Virus record (IMG/VR): IMGVR_UViG_3300045988_138358
Reading direction: 5' to 3' (one strand)
DNA: 64,000 nt
Source of the DNA: a virus
Taxonomy: Duplodnaviria > Heunggongvirae > Uroviricota > Caudoviricetes
Position 1 is the stretch's first letter, and each line of letters starts with the position of its first letter. The notes beneath the pieces were generated by a model, which had not been told where the DNA came from, ran no database searches, and was given only the letters and a program-made list of their open reading frames with translations. Of this stretch, positions 9,706 through 19,662 are shown piece after piece. The position numbers and the translations under genes are program-made.

Positions 9706-10008
9706 ATGACCAAAAAAATTAACATAAAGGATTTCAGGGATGCGTGGCTTGATGATTTTTTTGAATTTTCAACACCACATAGAAAGATACCTCCTGATAT
9801 TCATATGACATTGTCACGGAAGTTGGACATTATCAATGCCGCAACTACCTGTAAGGATTTAAGATCACCACCAGGTAATCGGTATGAGGAACTGTCAGGG
9901 AAGCTAAATGGCTATTCATCAGTAAGGGTGAATAAGCAATATAGGTTAATTTTTAAGTGGGTTAACGGAAAGGCCGAGGACTTGTATCTCGACCCTCACA
10001 AATACTAA
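9706..10008 (+). CDS. higB: type II toxin HigB (RelE/ParE superfamily killer protein)
   Basis: 100 aa; toxin-first gene order and C-terminal NGYSSVRVNKQYRLIF pattern typical of HigB-type killer proteins. Confidence 0.75.
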   Translation: MTKKINIKDFRDAWLDDFFEFSTPHRKIPPDIHMTLSRKLDIINAATTCKDLRSPPGNRYEELSGKLNGYSSVRVNKQYRLIFKWVNGKAEDLYLDPHKY

Positions 10009-10078
10009 AACAGATACCCGGTTACGGACCGGGTTCTGACCAGAGTCCACTTAATACGCACGCTAGTAAGGGCAAAAA

Positions 10079-10417
10079 ATGAAACAGGCAACCAGAAAAC
10101 CGACGACCGTAGGTGATATCCTTCTGTACGAATACCTGGAGCCGTTAGAGCTGAAGATCAACGAGTTAGCAGAAATACTTCATGTTCATCGTAACACCGT
10201 AAGTGCTCTTGTTAATAATAATCGTAAGCTAACGATGGATATGGCATATCGCCTGGCAAAAGCATTCGATACTTCTGTAGATTTTTGGATTAATCTTCAG
10301 ACCGCAGTAGATCTGTGGGAAGTCGAAAATGATATGCGCGTTCAGGAAGAGTTAAGTCGTATCAATACTGCTGAAAAATTTATTTCTCAGCGGAACCTGA
10401 ATAAAAAAGCAGCCTGA
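10079..10417 (+). CDS. higA: antitoxin HigA (XRE-family HTH)
   Basis: 112 aa with HTH segment (LAEILHVHRNTVSALVNN) directly downstream of higB. Confidence 0.75.
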   Translation: MKQATRKPTTVGDILLYEYLEPLELKINELAEILHVHRNTVSALVNNNRKLTMDMAYRLAKAFDTSVDFWINLQTAVDLWEVENDMRVQEELSRINTAEKFISQRNLNKKAA

Positions 10418-10435
10418 TATAGTAAAACACATACA

Positions 10436-10466
10436 AAAAGCCCACTTAGCAAGTGGGCTTTCCTTT
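10436..10466 (+). terminator. hairpin terminator after higA
   Basis: GCCCACT-TAGCA-AGTGGGC stem followed by a T-rich tract. Confidence 0.45.
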
Positions 10467-10473
10467 GTAATTA

Positions 10474-10674
10474 ATGAACATTAAACCTATCCGTACAGAA
10501 CAAGATTATGAGGCCGCACTGCGTGCGGTCGAACCGATGTTCGATAACGAACCGGAAATGAATACTCCGGAAGGTGATTTCTTTGAGGTTATGAGTCTTC
10601 TCATTGAGGAGTACGAGAAGAAACATTACCCAATTCAGCCACCATCACCTGTTGAATCTTTTAACTATCCATAA
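10474..10674 (+). CDS. antitoxin-like N-terminal domain protein, lacks HTH domain
   Basis: 66 aa (MNIKPIRTEQDYEAAL...PEGDFFEVMSLLIEEYEKKHYPI) resembles the N-terminal half of HigA-like antitoxins; the ORF ends before any HTH domain. Confidence 0.45.
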   Translation: MNIKPIRTEQDYEAALRAVEPMFDNEPEMNTPEGDFFEVMSLLIEEYEKKHYPIQPPSPVESFNYP

Positions 10675-10695
10675 TAAAAGTAATCAGGATAAGCT

Positions 10696-11424
10696 ATGAT
10701 GTCAGAAAAAGTTACAGATAATCCGTCTATAAATGAAACAGAACTAAAATCATTTTCTGAAATAATAAAAGATAAAATATTTAACAAGGTTTTTGCATAT
10801 GTTGTCATTTCTTTTCTAATTTTTAACTGGAAGGATATTTTAATTATATTAAAGTCAAAGGACGACATCCTATATACATTATCTATTGTTTTTGTTGGTG
10901 GTAATGTCCCGTTCTTTGATAATTGGATTGTATCCCCGTGGGTTTATCACGTTGTAATCCCATTTGTTTATGGAGTATTTGCATCTGTGTTAGCTCCTAT
11001 TCTCACACTGAAGATATCTAAGCTAACAAGTAAATTATACACTGAAATAAGATATTTAGATGAAGCTGCTGATTATGATAAAAGAATAGAATTGCAAAGA
11101 AAGAAAACAAAGTTAAATCAAGCAACCAATGACGCTAAATATTCAAAACAAATCTTAGATGAAAATGAAAATAAACTTAATGACCTAGCTAAGAAACAGC
11201 GAGAAATTTGCGGCGCGATAAAACTATTGCATACTGATGTTGGCAGTATTATTGAGCTATATAAAAATAAGGGGGTTAGCATTGAATCTCCGCAAGATTT
11301 ATGTGATTTTATAGTCGCTATAAAAAGCACATCATTCTATAATGATGACAAGCATTTTAATAAATTGGTGTCTGATATTTCCAGTTTGTTTGATAATACT
11401 GGAATTGATCTTTCAAAAAAATGA
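10696..11424 (+). CDS. low-GC membrane protein with C-terminal coiled coil, unknown function
   Basis: 242 aa; three hydrophobic helices in the N-terminal half, Lys/Glu-rich coiled coil after; GC content clearly lower than neighbours. Confidence 0.6.
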   Translation: MMSEKVTDNPSINETELKSFSEIIKDKIFNKVFAYVVISFLIFNWKDILIILKSKDDILYTLSIVFVGGNVPFFDNWIVSPWVYHVVIPFVYGVFASVLAPILTLKISKLTSKLYTEIRYLDEAADYDKRIELQRKKTKLNQATNDAKYSKQILDENENKLNDLAKKQREICGAIKLLHTDVGSIIELYKNKGVSIESPQDLCDFIVAIKSTSFYNDDKHFNKLVSDISSLFDNTGIDLSKK

Positions 11425-11457
11425 AAGCCCAGCATAAACTACTAGGCTATGTGTGGT

Positions 11458-12651
11458 TTATGCTTTTTTCACGTACTCTATAAACATCTTCTCAGCCTGT
11501 TCTTGTGGCGTTCCAGCCATGACAAGCGCATCAATGAACGCCTGCTTCTTCAGTGCGAACTGATCGGCAAGGCGTTGCTGAAGTTCCTTATTTTTCTGTT
11601 TCTCACGTTGCAAGGCCGCTTCTTTTGCAGCCGCCCGTTTTTTCTGTGCGTCTGACAACTTTCTGGCCCTGGTCAATTGGTCACGTAGCTTGTCGATCTT
11701 GCCGTTGTCCTTTGCCAGTTTTGTACTTAAAGCTGCCTGGCGTTTCTGATAGAGCCTCCATTCGCGTTTGGCGGCTTCAACGTTCGTTTTACTGCTACGA
11801 TTGCGATTAAACTCCTTCTCGTCTTCTTTTGAGAAGTGTTTAGTTGTACGGCGGCGATCGTCACCAAATGCAATTTGCGTTGCAGCCTTTTGTAGCGCAC
11901 GAGCAATACTCATTTGCCAACTGGCGGACTGTAACCGCGTCATTGAGTGGATCACGTGTTTACAGGCGACGCCTTGCAGCTTCGGGTTGCGAACTTTTGG
12001 ATAGGCGTATTCTTTTGGCGGTGCCAGGGCAAAGTTACCCGCAGTGGCGATGTAACGATACCAGTATTGATGACGACCACAGTCACAATCGAAAGACACT
12101 CGCCCGGCGCACAGTGATTTAGTGATTTTGAGAGCTGATTTATCGTCTTCTGCGATGTCATCAACCATCTGATCCCATTCTTCAAAGCGTATCCGGACGA
12201 TATGGTGCTGGTGGACGGATATATCCGATGCTTCTACGCGGATATTAATCACATTGTGGCGAAGAGATACGGGGGTAGCTCTTTTGATACCAGATCCGTC
12301 ATCCACGGCGTTATTTGCACGCTTAATATCGATTGCCTGGCTGGATGCCACCAGCTGGGCGTATGTGATGCCAGCCGTCTTGCTGTCATATTTTTCGCGC
12401 GTTTTACTCCGTAGCTTTTCGAAACCTTTCAGGTCGTCTCGCGTGAAGAACGTGCCGCCTTTTTTCTTCCCTAACTTGAGAATATCTTCGGCGGATTTGT
12501 TCCTCAGTCTACCTGGCGTCAGCGTCCGGTGAGCTTGTCGGCGCTTACGGGTTTGTTCTTTCCTGATAATCTCGAATAAACGCGTGAAGTCCTTAGAGGA
12601 CAGGCCGTCAGTGATATAGCGCCCGTCCTGGTTTTTCAGGAAATCAGGCAT
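11458..12651 (-). CDS. SWIM-type zinc-finger protein with basic coiled-coil tail
   Basis: 397 aa; CxC...CxH arrangement (FDCDCGRHQYW...GVACKHVIH) consistent with a SWIM finger. Confidence 0.5.
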   Translation of the reverse strand: MPDFLKNQDGRYITDGLSSKDFTRLFEIIRKEQTRKRRQAHRTLTPGRLRNKSAEDILKLGKKKGGTFFTRDDLKGFEKLRSKTREKYDSKTAGITYAQLVASSQAIDIKRANNAVDDGSGIKRATPVSLRHNVINIRVEASDISVHQHHIVRIRFEEWDQMVDDIAEDDKSALKITKSLCAGRVSFDCDCGRHQYWYRYIATAGNFALAPPKEYAYPKVRNPKLQGVACKHVIHSMTRLQSASWQMSIARALQKAATQIAFGDDRRRTTKHFSKEDEKEFNRNRSSKTNVEAAKREWRLYQKRQAALSTKLAKDNGKIDKLRDQLTRARKLSDAQKKRAAAKEAALQREKQKNKELQQRLADQFALKKQAFIDALVMAGTPQEQAEKMFIEYVKKA

Positions 12652-12973
12652 TTTCTATCTCCGGTTCCGCGCTTGCGTAATCACGGATCTTGTTCCTCAG
12701 CCATGCCACATCAGGAAGAGTTAACGTGGTCCCTGCGGGCATTTCTTCCATTTCTGACTCATGGCCCACCAGCACCCGGAATACCCAGCGCAAATCTGCA
12801 TTGCCATACGCCCTGTAGGCTGCAAGGTCTGAACGATATACTTCATCAATCTTTATCGTGTACTGGAAATTATCAGAGTGATACTCCGATACCCGCTTAA
12901 TCATTTCCTGGTGAAACAGCGCACGAAAAATATCGTCTTCAATGTACCTATCGTCGAGTCTGCTATAGCCCAT
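12644..12973 (-). CDS. hypothetical protein
   Basis: 109-aa ORF overlapping the start of the downstream gene. Confidence 0.45.
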   Translation of the reverse strand: MGYSRLDDRYIEDDIFRALFHQEMIKRVSEYHSDNFQYTIKIDEVYRSDLAAYRAYGNADLRWVFRVLVGHESEMEEMPAGTTLTLPDVAWLRNKIRDYASAEPEIENA

Positions 12974-13166
12974 AACAAAGCCTCTCAGTCATAACCTGGG
13001 GGAAACTGTATGCAGGGTGTGAAATGCGAGAAACAGACAGGCCACCAGTTCAGGGGGATGTGGTTCATAAATCCCCTCACTGGTGACAAGTGACTTTCAT
13101 TAATCTTTATGCGGGGGCCAGCTTCATTTGCTGGCATTAGATTAAAAATTAAACGGAGTGAATAAC

Positions 13167-13301
13167 ATGGATGTTATCTTCGAATTATTAATGCTAATTG
13201 ATCTGTTTATGAACGCTTCATTGACCACTCAAATACTGGCGTCAATATTTTTGTTACTCTTCTACCTGGTATTGAGGGAGTTAACAAAGCTACTAATGTG
13301 A
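13167..13301 (+). CDS. small hydrophobic peptide, 44 aa (candidate membrane toxin)
   Basis: ATG at 13167 preceded by GGAG; MDVIFELLMLIDLFMNASLTTQILASIFLLLFYLVLRELTKLLM; lies antisense between two minus-strand genes. Below the ORF track cutoff. Confidence 0.3.
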   Translation: MDVIFELLMLIDLFMNASLTTQILASIFLLLFYLVLRELTKLLM

Positions 13302-13955
13302 TCAAAGTATCACGGTATCTTCATCAACTTCTTTCCCAGTCAGTGTCTTTGACTGGGAGGTGCCTGCTTTAACTTTTTCATGCCCAATAATGGACAGGAA
13401 CGAAGCGAGTATGCCTGTTTTTTGCTCTTTCTCGACTGTACCGGTCATCTGCTCTACGTAATCCGCACTGGCTACATTGTGGTATACGGTCGCGTAGCAA
13501 CACAGGATCATCAAAATATGCTCCGGCCTGATATCCTGCCAGTTCACCCGGTAGACTTCTTCTCCGTTACCGTTGTATTCGGTGTCAACGATGGAGTCAG
13601 GGATTTCGAAAGCACCTTTGTTATTTTGCGGCAGGGATAATAGCTTCTGGAGTTTTAACTCTCTGTATCTTTCCATCCCGACGATGATTGCTGCTCTGCC
13701 ATCGGCATGACGGGTCTTGAGAGTCACCTGGCTTGCTCCGGTGCCAGCGGAGATCGTTGGCGTAATTTCGTCTACCAGTACCTTAAATTTGCTTTTCCGC
13801 AGGGCTGCTATAGCTGGAGGAATTTTTTGCTTTTGCTCCAATGCTGACGCGGGAAGGGGTTTTACTTCGTTAATAATGAGAGCACCGTCTTTCAGTATTG
13901 CAGTGAGCATTTGAGGCTTGCTGGTGGTCAGGCTGAATATTGCGATCTTTTCCAT
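13302..13955 (-). CDS. hypothetical protein
   Basis: Start set at MEKIAIFSL with a GGAGGAAGG ribosome-binding site (track start 13997). Confidence 0.5.
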   Translation of the reverse strand: MEKIAIFSLTTSKPQMLTAILKDGALIINEVKPLPASALEQKQKIPPAIAALRKSKFKVLVDEITPTISAGTGASQVTLKTRHADGRAAIIVGMERYRELKLQKLLSLPQNNKGAFEIPDSIVDTEYNGNGEEVYRVNWQDIRPEHILMILCCYATVYHNVASADYVEQMTGTVEKEQKTGILASFLSIIGHEKVKAGTSQSKTLTGKEVDEDTVIL

Positions 13956-14223
13956 TGTCCTTCCTCCACGGATGACGGATACAAAAAAAGGCCGCACATG
14001 GCGGCCTGCTTTGGCGTTATGACTCCCTACCGCGCTTCGGCTGAAAGTTAATCGTCAAAAGAACCTTCAACGGGAGCCGTTAGCGCGATGGATTATGTGC
14101 AGTTTGTGATTTCCAAAATAGTGTCAACCACTTTTGGTGGATTTTATTTTTTAACCGAAATTTGGCCTAAATCATGTTTATGTAGTTAATTGTTTTTATA
14201 ACATAAAACTTCATTTTGTTTGC

Positions 14224-14847
14224 ATGAAGGATGGTGTAGTGAAGTTAAGGGCTTTAGGGGCCGCGCTCGCGGCTATGTTGGGATGCGTATCTGCTAATAC
14301 TGCCAATGCAACTGCGTTACCTGCACAATTCAGGGCAGGGCAGCAGGTTATGAATAACGCTGGTGGAGATCATTCACAAGCGGCCATTATGGACTTTTGC
14401 AAGAGGGAGGGCATTCCATTACGGCCTGTTGGAACTCAGTTTATTGGTAAAACTGACTTTTGCGTTTTTGCATATACAGCATATCTGACGGACAAAGCTA
14501 TAACAAAAACAGGTTATTCAACCAAAGATACTCTTTCCAGATTAAGTCAGGGATGGCAGCAATTCGAAGTGTATCGCCAGCAAGGATTAGGTGAGTTATT
14601 GCAACCTCTTTTTATGCTTGCGTTGGTGCCAGAGGGGCAGCAATTTTTGGTTAAAAAGGGAATGCTTCGCCAAAGTGATATTGCCGGGTTCGATAGCATG
14701 ATGGCTTATGAGCGCAAACTAACCGAGCAGCGAAATAAAAAACCATCTGCTTCATGTGTGCAAAGTAAAACAGCAGAATACAGTGCAGTAGCCGGGCCTT
14801 TAGCCAAACAAATGGCAGAGCAATGGTGTAAAAAATACGGGCAATAA
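14224..14847 (+). CDS. secreted protein or lipoprotein, unknown function
   Basis: N-terminal signal-like segment ending AAMLGC. Confidence 0.5.
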   Translation: MKDGVVKLRALGAALAAMLGCVSANTANATALPAQFRAGQQVMNNAGGDHSQAAIMDFCKREGIPLRPVGTQFIGKTDFCVFAYTAYLTDKAITKTGYSTKDTLSRLSQGWQQFEVYRQQGLGELLQPLFMLALVPEGQQFLVKKGMLRQSDIAGFDSMMAYERKLTEQRNKKPSASCVQSKTAEYSAVAGPLAKQMAEQWCKKYGQ

Positions 14848-14867
14848 GTTACGCAGCGGAGGCAGAA

Positions 14868-15260
14868 TTGAAAAGATTGGCTATTGCTTTACTGGCGTCT
14901 TTCCCTTTGATCGCGAGCGCCGGAAATTTACAAGTTAAGTGCGGTCGGTTTGATATAAAAATCTATCCAGATGCCATATTTCTGAATGGGAATAAGGTTG
15001 ATAACGCACACCGAAAAACTGAATCTGACGTAATGAGCTATGTGTTCCAGGAGTATGCGGAGATGGGGGGAACTTACACGCTGTACTCGCTGGATGTTCC
15101 TTCTCGCGGTGATATGACATTATCCCATCAATGGCAGAACGCCGATGGCGAAGCTCTGCGCGAGGTTAAAACAGAAAAATGTGGCACTTTCCATTCTTTT
15201 AAAGGGAAAGCGCCAAATGTTAAATCTGTGCTTGAAAAACAGCGCGCAGGTGAGCTTTAA
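14868..15260 (+). CDS. secreted protein, unknown function
   Basis: Classic signal peptide MKRLAIALLASFPLIASA. Confidence 0.55.
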   Translation: MKRLAIALLASFPLIASAGNLQVKCGRFDIKIYPDAIFLNGNKVDNAHRKTESDVMSYVFQEYAEMGGTYTLYSLDVPSRGDMTLSHQWQNADGEALREVKTEKCGTFHSFKGKAPNVKSVLEKQRAGEL

Positions 15261-16146
15261 ACACCTTTAACCACGGAGATGCCGTTCCCTGCACGATAGC
15301 GGCGGGGAACGGAATTCTCCATCAGGTCACGAATTACTCCCGCCTCATGTAGTTCCACTGTTTCCCAGTATCTGTTTGTCACCAATTACGCCCCTTTCCG
15401 CCAGGGGAAGGTATGAACGAGCTTCTGCTTCGGTTGCAGCCATGACGCAGATATACAGGTGTTTTTGGCAGGAATAGAAACGCCAGATAAATTCAGAATG
15501 AGTTGGGGTGGGGATAGTAGCGATATTGGCAGCCTCCTTTGACTAAGTTAAGGAGCTACCGCGTGAGGTTCCAATCCCGGCACCCGTTTTTCTAAGGTGC
15601 CGTAGAAATATACCCCACGATAAGGCCAGGGCGCAAAAGTCAGTATTTTATGCTTTGGCGGATTTCTTCCGGGCTTGCTTGCAGGCGTAGGCCATTGCTT
15701 TAGCTTTCACTTCATCCAGCTTCCCGGTGATCACTTCTTTTCCGAGAGTGACAAACCAGTCATAGCAACCGCCAGTGATGTTCTGGATTTGAAAGTTGAG
15801 GTAGCGAACGGTCATTTTGACACCCCCAGCGCGAGTAAAGAATGCAGATTATCGCGTGAGTGGCGGACAACGAGTGATGGGAAAAGACAGTAGCTGTTCA
15901 TAGTGTAGTGACTCCTTGCTTTCGGAGCCGCCTTCGACTGTTCCACGGTCTGGTGGCGGCGCAATAAAGGCTGGAACACCGTGAGTCAACGGGGGCTTTT
16001 CAGCCACCTATATTGCACCGCCATAGGTATAGCGGCGGCAATAATACGAAAAACTAAACAGTTTGTCTCAAAAAGTTGACCGGTGTGCCAATCGGTAGTG
16101 AATGTACATCGGAGAAATTTACAATTCAACTTAAAATGTTAGAAAA

Positions 16147-16725
16147 CTAATTTATCAATTCAATCGCCATCTGATACAACGTCATTTCATCGGCATTGTG
16201 CCGCATGAAATCTGCTTTTCCGCCTATTTTTCCATCAGCATGAACAGGGACCAGCCAGGGATATTGTTCTCGGACCTCGGCTGGCGCTGCGTACTGGTGG
16301 TGCCATTTACACAAAGGGAGGACATATTTATGCGCGTTCTCTGCCGTTCTCCCGAAGATATGGTGCAGGGATACCACTGGGCTATGTTGCCCGTGAATAT
16401 GGCAGGCAATGCAGGGGAGAGTACCGATAGCGGTCTGTATCCGGCGTTCATCGGCTGTGAGTGATCTGCCCTTCAGGCCGCGTGACGTGCGTGTTTTTTT
16501 GGGCGGAGCGGATACCGCTTTATCTTTTCTCCGCTGTTCATATTGCTTTGCTTTTTCAATTTTCTTTTGCCGATATTCAGGCGATGCGGCTTTTTCTCTC
16601 GCTCGCTGCTGCTGGCGTTGAGCTTGTTGAAGGCGCTTTGCCCTTTGTTCCTCTCGCCAGGCTGGGTCAGCCAATTTTTGCATGGCTTTTTGTCTCTGTT
16701 TCTCCCAATAACTCTGTTTCTGCAT
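16147..16725 (-). CDS. ref: HNH-type endonuclease, Ref-like (recombination enhancement function)
   Basis: 192 aa; basic N-terminus then HNH-like core (LPCIACHIHG...SLHHI...LPLCKWHH); size and operator-linked promoter match P1 Ref. Confidence 0.5.
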   Translation of the reverse strand: MQKQSYWEKQRQKAMQKLADPAWREEQRAKRLQQAQRQQQRAREKAASPEYRQKKIEKAKQYEQRRKDKAVSAPPKKTRTSRGLKGRSLTADERRIQTAIGTLPCIACHIHGQHSPVVSLHHIFGRTAENAHKYVLPLCKWHHQYAAPAEVREQYPWLVPVHADGKIGGKADFMRHNADEMTLYQMAIELIN

Positions 16726-16770
16726 GATGGCAGTCTCTTACTTTTCAACGATTTTTCTATGATTGATCAA

Positions 16771-16806
16771 AATTGTTAGATATTCAAAATTGATTTTCTA
16801 ACACAA
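16771..16806. promoter_or_regulatory. inverted pair of TGTTAGA operator-like half-sites, divergent promoter region
   Basis: AATTGTTAGA ... TTTTCTAACAC with 16-17 bp spacer between the Ref-like gene and the plus-strand accessory operon. Confidence 0.55.
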
Positions 16807-16997
16807 AATATTAATATCATTCCTGATAACTGTTTGGAGGACATGATGCTTATAGCTTTAAGTGCGATCCACCAGCCATCTGTGAATGAAATTGGCCTGT
16901 TCTATGTGTTGTTTTTCGGGGCGTTGGCGCTACTTGAGCTTGGTATTGAGCTTTTCGCAGTGCTTATGTTTTGCGTCACGATTTTGGGGAAATTTTG

Positions 16998-17621
16998 ATG
17001 GTGAAACGTGTTTTGAAAATTTACATCGCGGGGCCGATGACTGGTTATCCAGATTACAACCGTGCGGCGTTTAATGCGAAAGCGAGCGAGCTGATGGCTG
17101 AAGGGCATATCGTTCTGAATCCAGCTGTGTTACCTGGTGGCCTTTGTCAGAGTGAATACATGGATATTTGCCTGGCAATGGTGCGTTCTGCTGATGCGAT
17201 CTATCTGCTTAAGGGATGGGATGTGTCCGCAGGAGCACGTGCAGAACACGCTCTGGCTGAAAAACTGGGGTTGACGGTAATTTATGAAGCACCATCTGAC
17301 ACAGATTGCAGAATGGCAGCGCATCTTTACCGTGAACTGGTCGATGCGTTACGTGATGTTGCTATTGAATGTCACGGCACGGATCAGCTTCGCGCTCGCT
17401 TAAGCCAAACCCTTTCCAGTTACCTGTCTTTAGCTGAAGGATACAACCTCCGGCAGCGGAGAATGGTCAAATTAATCACGCGTTTATCTCAATCCCTGGC
17501 AAATGCCGAACCAACTAATCCGCTACCTAATGACGCAATGAATTATCTGAAGTCATGCGGCGTTGTTTCTGAAGATGCAGTTCGTTTTGTGGAGTTTATG
17601 TCTCAGAGGATGTCGGCGTGA
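16998..17621 (+). CDS. DUF4406-like (nucleoside 2-deoxyribosyltransferase-like) protein with C-terminal extension
   Basis: KIYIAGPMTG...N...F segment typical of DUF4406; start at internal Met. Confidence 0.45.
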   Translation: MVKRVLKIYIAGPMTGYPDYNRAAFNAKASELMAEGHIVLNPAVLPGGLCQSEYMDICLAMVRSADAIYLLKGWDVSAGARAEHALAEKLGLTVIYEAPSDTDCRMAAHLYRELVDALRDVAIECHGTDQLRARLSQTLSSYLSLAEGYNLRQRRMVKLITRLSQSLANAEPTNPLPNDAMNYLKSCGVVSEDAVRFVEFMSQRMSA

Positions 17622-17935
17622 GCTGGCGGGGATGGGGAAGGGCAGAAATCATGATACTCCGCCAGTGCGCCGGAACTATGACGGTAGAGAGTATTGGGAA
17701 GCTGATCGGTCGTACCGGTGATGCCGTCAGGACTAAAGCGCGAGAGCTGGGGATCAGAATGATTCTGAAAGGTGACTTTCACCAGTCAGCCAAATATCGG
17801 CAGAGCGATATAGAGCTGGCGCGGCAGCTTCATCAGTGCGGTGTTCCCCGCCGTGAGATCGCAGAAAAACTCGAAATGCCCCTGGGCATGATTAATCAGT
17901 ACGTTTATTTCGAAAGGAGAGTGCATGAAGTCTGA
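17618..17935 (+). CDS. hypothetical HTH-like protein
   Basis: 105-aa ORF overlapping neighbours by 4 nt. Confidence 0.4.
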   Translation: MSWRGWGRAEIMILRQCAGTMTVESIGKLIGRTGDAVRTKARELGIRMILKGDFHQSAKYRQSDIELARQLHQCGVPRREIAEKLEMPLGMINQYVYFERRVHEV

Positions 17936-18626
17936 AGGTTTAACGCCAGAGCAACTGGCGGAGATCGAGCTTTACTATCCGTTACGTGAACGTTATTCAC
18001 CGAAACCAGCGCCTAAATGCCCTGTTTGTGGCGAGGAAATGTCAATGCAGCGCATATCTGGATCACATGTTGTTTATGCCTGTTCCGGCATGGAGGATGA
18101 CGGATGCTTCAAAACTGGACGAACTTATGCTGACGAGCATTACAAAAATTCGCGCATATCAGTAGTTGATGGTAGCGATCCTGATGTGATTGAACTGCTT
18201 GACGAGAAAGTGGAGATGGCCCTAACGCTTGAGAAGCTGCGTGTTGAGCTGGAGGCCGCTAAAAAGTGTATTGCAGAGCTGGAAAGCAATAGCGGGGCGC
18301 TGGTGGCGGAATGCCAAAACAAAAAAGCAGCACTTGAGGCAATTCTTAGCCATCTCCCAATTAATCATCCAGATATAGACATCGCATGCGTAGCGAACAT
18401 AGCTCATAACGAGTTAGGTGAAGCGAAAAGCACTATATCTGAGGCTTATCTTGTAGAAATACAGGCTCAGGGATTGGAGGCATTCGCTTTGACGATGCGC
18501 GATACCGGAGATGATCCATTTTTTGATTCCGTTGCTTCTGCTTGCGCGGATGCGGCCGACAGGTTCGCAGCCCTGCTTCGTAAAGGACAATCCTGCCTGC
18601 GCCCGAACTTTGAAGGGGAAAGATGA
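17925..18626 (+). CDS. Ea22-like protein with N-terminal zinc ribbon
   Basis: C-terminal [27 protein letters not shown] matches the shared tail of the other paralogs here; CPVCGEE...YACSG cysteines at N-terminus. Confidence 0.55.
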   Translation: MKSEGLTPEQLAEIELYYPLRERYSPKPAPKCPVCGEEMSMQRISGSHVVYACSGMEDDGCFKTGRTYADEHYKNSRISVVDGSDPDVIELLDEKVEMALTLEKLRVELEAAKKCIAELESNSGALVAECQNKKAALEAILSHLPINHPDIDIACVANIAHNELGEAKSTISEAYLVEIQAQGLEAFALTMRDTGDDPFFDSVASACADAADRFAALLRKGQSCLRPNFEGER

Positions 18627-18949
18627 TGACCACATCTCATTCTGCAATTACCCAGGAAAAAGCCTTCCACATACTCGAACGATTAGAAACGCTCGCTACG
18701 GAGGAGAAGATATCCCCGGAGATGCTGGTCGAGTGCAGCCGTGTGATATTGCGTCGCAAGAACGACATCGCGCGGCTGACATCTGGCGCACCATCCGTAT
18801 CAGCCAGTCCAACGCTTTATTGCAGCTTCTGCAACAAATCCCAGCACACCGTTAAAAAGTTAATTGCCGGGGACAACGCTTTCATCTGCAACGAGTGCGT
18901 GAAAGATTGCAACAACATTATCCAGGAAGAGCAAAGGGAATCAGCATGA
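18623..18949 (+). CDS. ClpX-type zinc-binding domain protein
   Basis: C-terminal [39 protein letters not shown] is near-identical in pattern to the ClpX N-terminal C4 zinc-binding domain. Confidence 0.7.
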   Translation: MMTTSHSAITQEKAFHILERLETLATEEKISPEMLVECSRVILRRKNDIARLTSGAPSVSASPTLYCSFCNKSQHTVKKLIAGDNAFICNECVKDCNNIIQEEQRESA

Positions 18950-19662
18950 AATTTTCCAAATTTTCTGAGTTGGTGAATCGTATTTTGTCCGACAACCACA
19001 GCCATCGTCGCGATATGGATGTAACGATCGTTGTTCATTCGCCTGGTCGCATCGGTTCAACACCATCAGTTGAGGTTCAGTCAATTCAGGTGGGTTTTGA
19101 TTGGGATGCCGGGAAAGTGCTGATTTTCCCAGCACAGCCACTGACCACGCTAACACCAGAACAGATTACTGATATCACGGATAGTGTGCGCAAAGGTCAG
19201 TCTTGGCACGCATATCAGGAATACAAGAAGCATAAAGAGCAGTTGGAAAAATTGTCGATTGAACTGGATGCTGCAAGACGGCGCATTACAGAACTGGAGA
19301 GCGAACGCGCGGTGCTGGCGGCGGAGAATGCGGAGCTGAAGTCTGTGCACCCTCAACCATTCGGAGCTGAGATGATGAAGGCTCTTGATGCGTATGAGAA
19401 GCATCAGGATGAAGTGCCAGAGACTGGAATGCTCAATGCATTTTTCATCTTGCGCGACAGTATCTGTGTTGACACCCCAGCCACCGATGCTTTCCTGGCT
19501 GAAGTACGGGCGCAGGGGGTAGAGATGTACGCAGATAACCTCGACAACGGAGCAGACGACGCAGAACGAGGTGGTTTTGATTATGCCGTTAAGTTTCTAC
19601 GCAGTGAAGCGTCTAGTGTACGTTTGTTCGCCGACCAGCTTCGCAAAGGAGGCAGCCAGTGA
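18946..19662 (+). CDS. Ea22-like protein
   Basis: Coiled-coil segment ([22 protein letters not shown]) and conserved [17 protein letters not shown] tail; start at internal Met with AAGGGAA site. Confidence 0.6.
   Translation: MKFSKFSELVNRILSDNHSHRRDMDVTIVVHSPGRIGSTPSVEVQSIQVGFDWDAGKVLIFPAQPLTTLTPEQITDITDSVRKGQSWHAYQEYKKHKEQLEKLSIELDAARRRITELESERAVLAAENAELKSVHPQPFGAEMMKALDAYEKHQDEVPETGMLNAFFILRDSICVDTPATDAFLAEVRAQGVEMYADNLDNGADDAERGGFDYAVKFLRSEASSVRLFADQLRKGGSQ

Noticed and set aside
16198-16779. Several overlapping ORFs on both strands across the Ref-like gene.
   Set aside because: Only the 192-aa minus-strand frame has a coherent HNH-like Cys/His core and basic N-terminus; the others are alternative frames of the same DNA.
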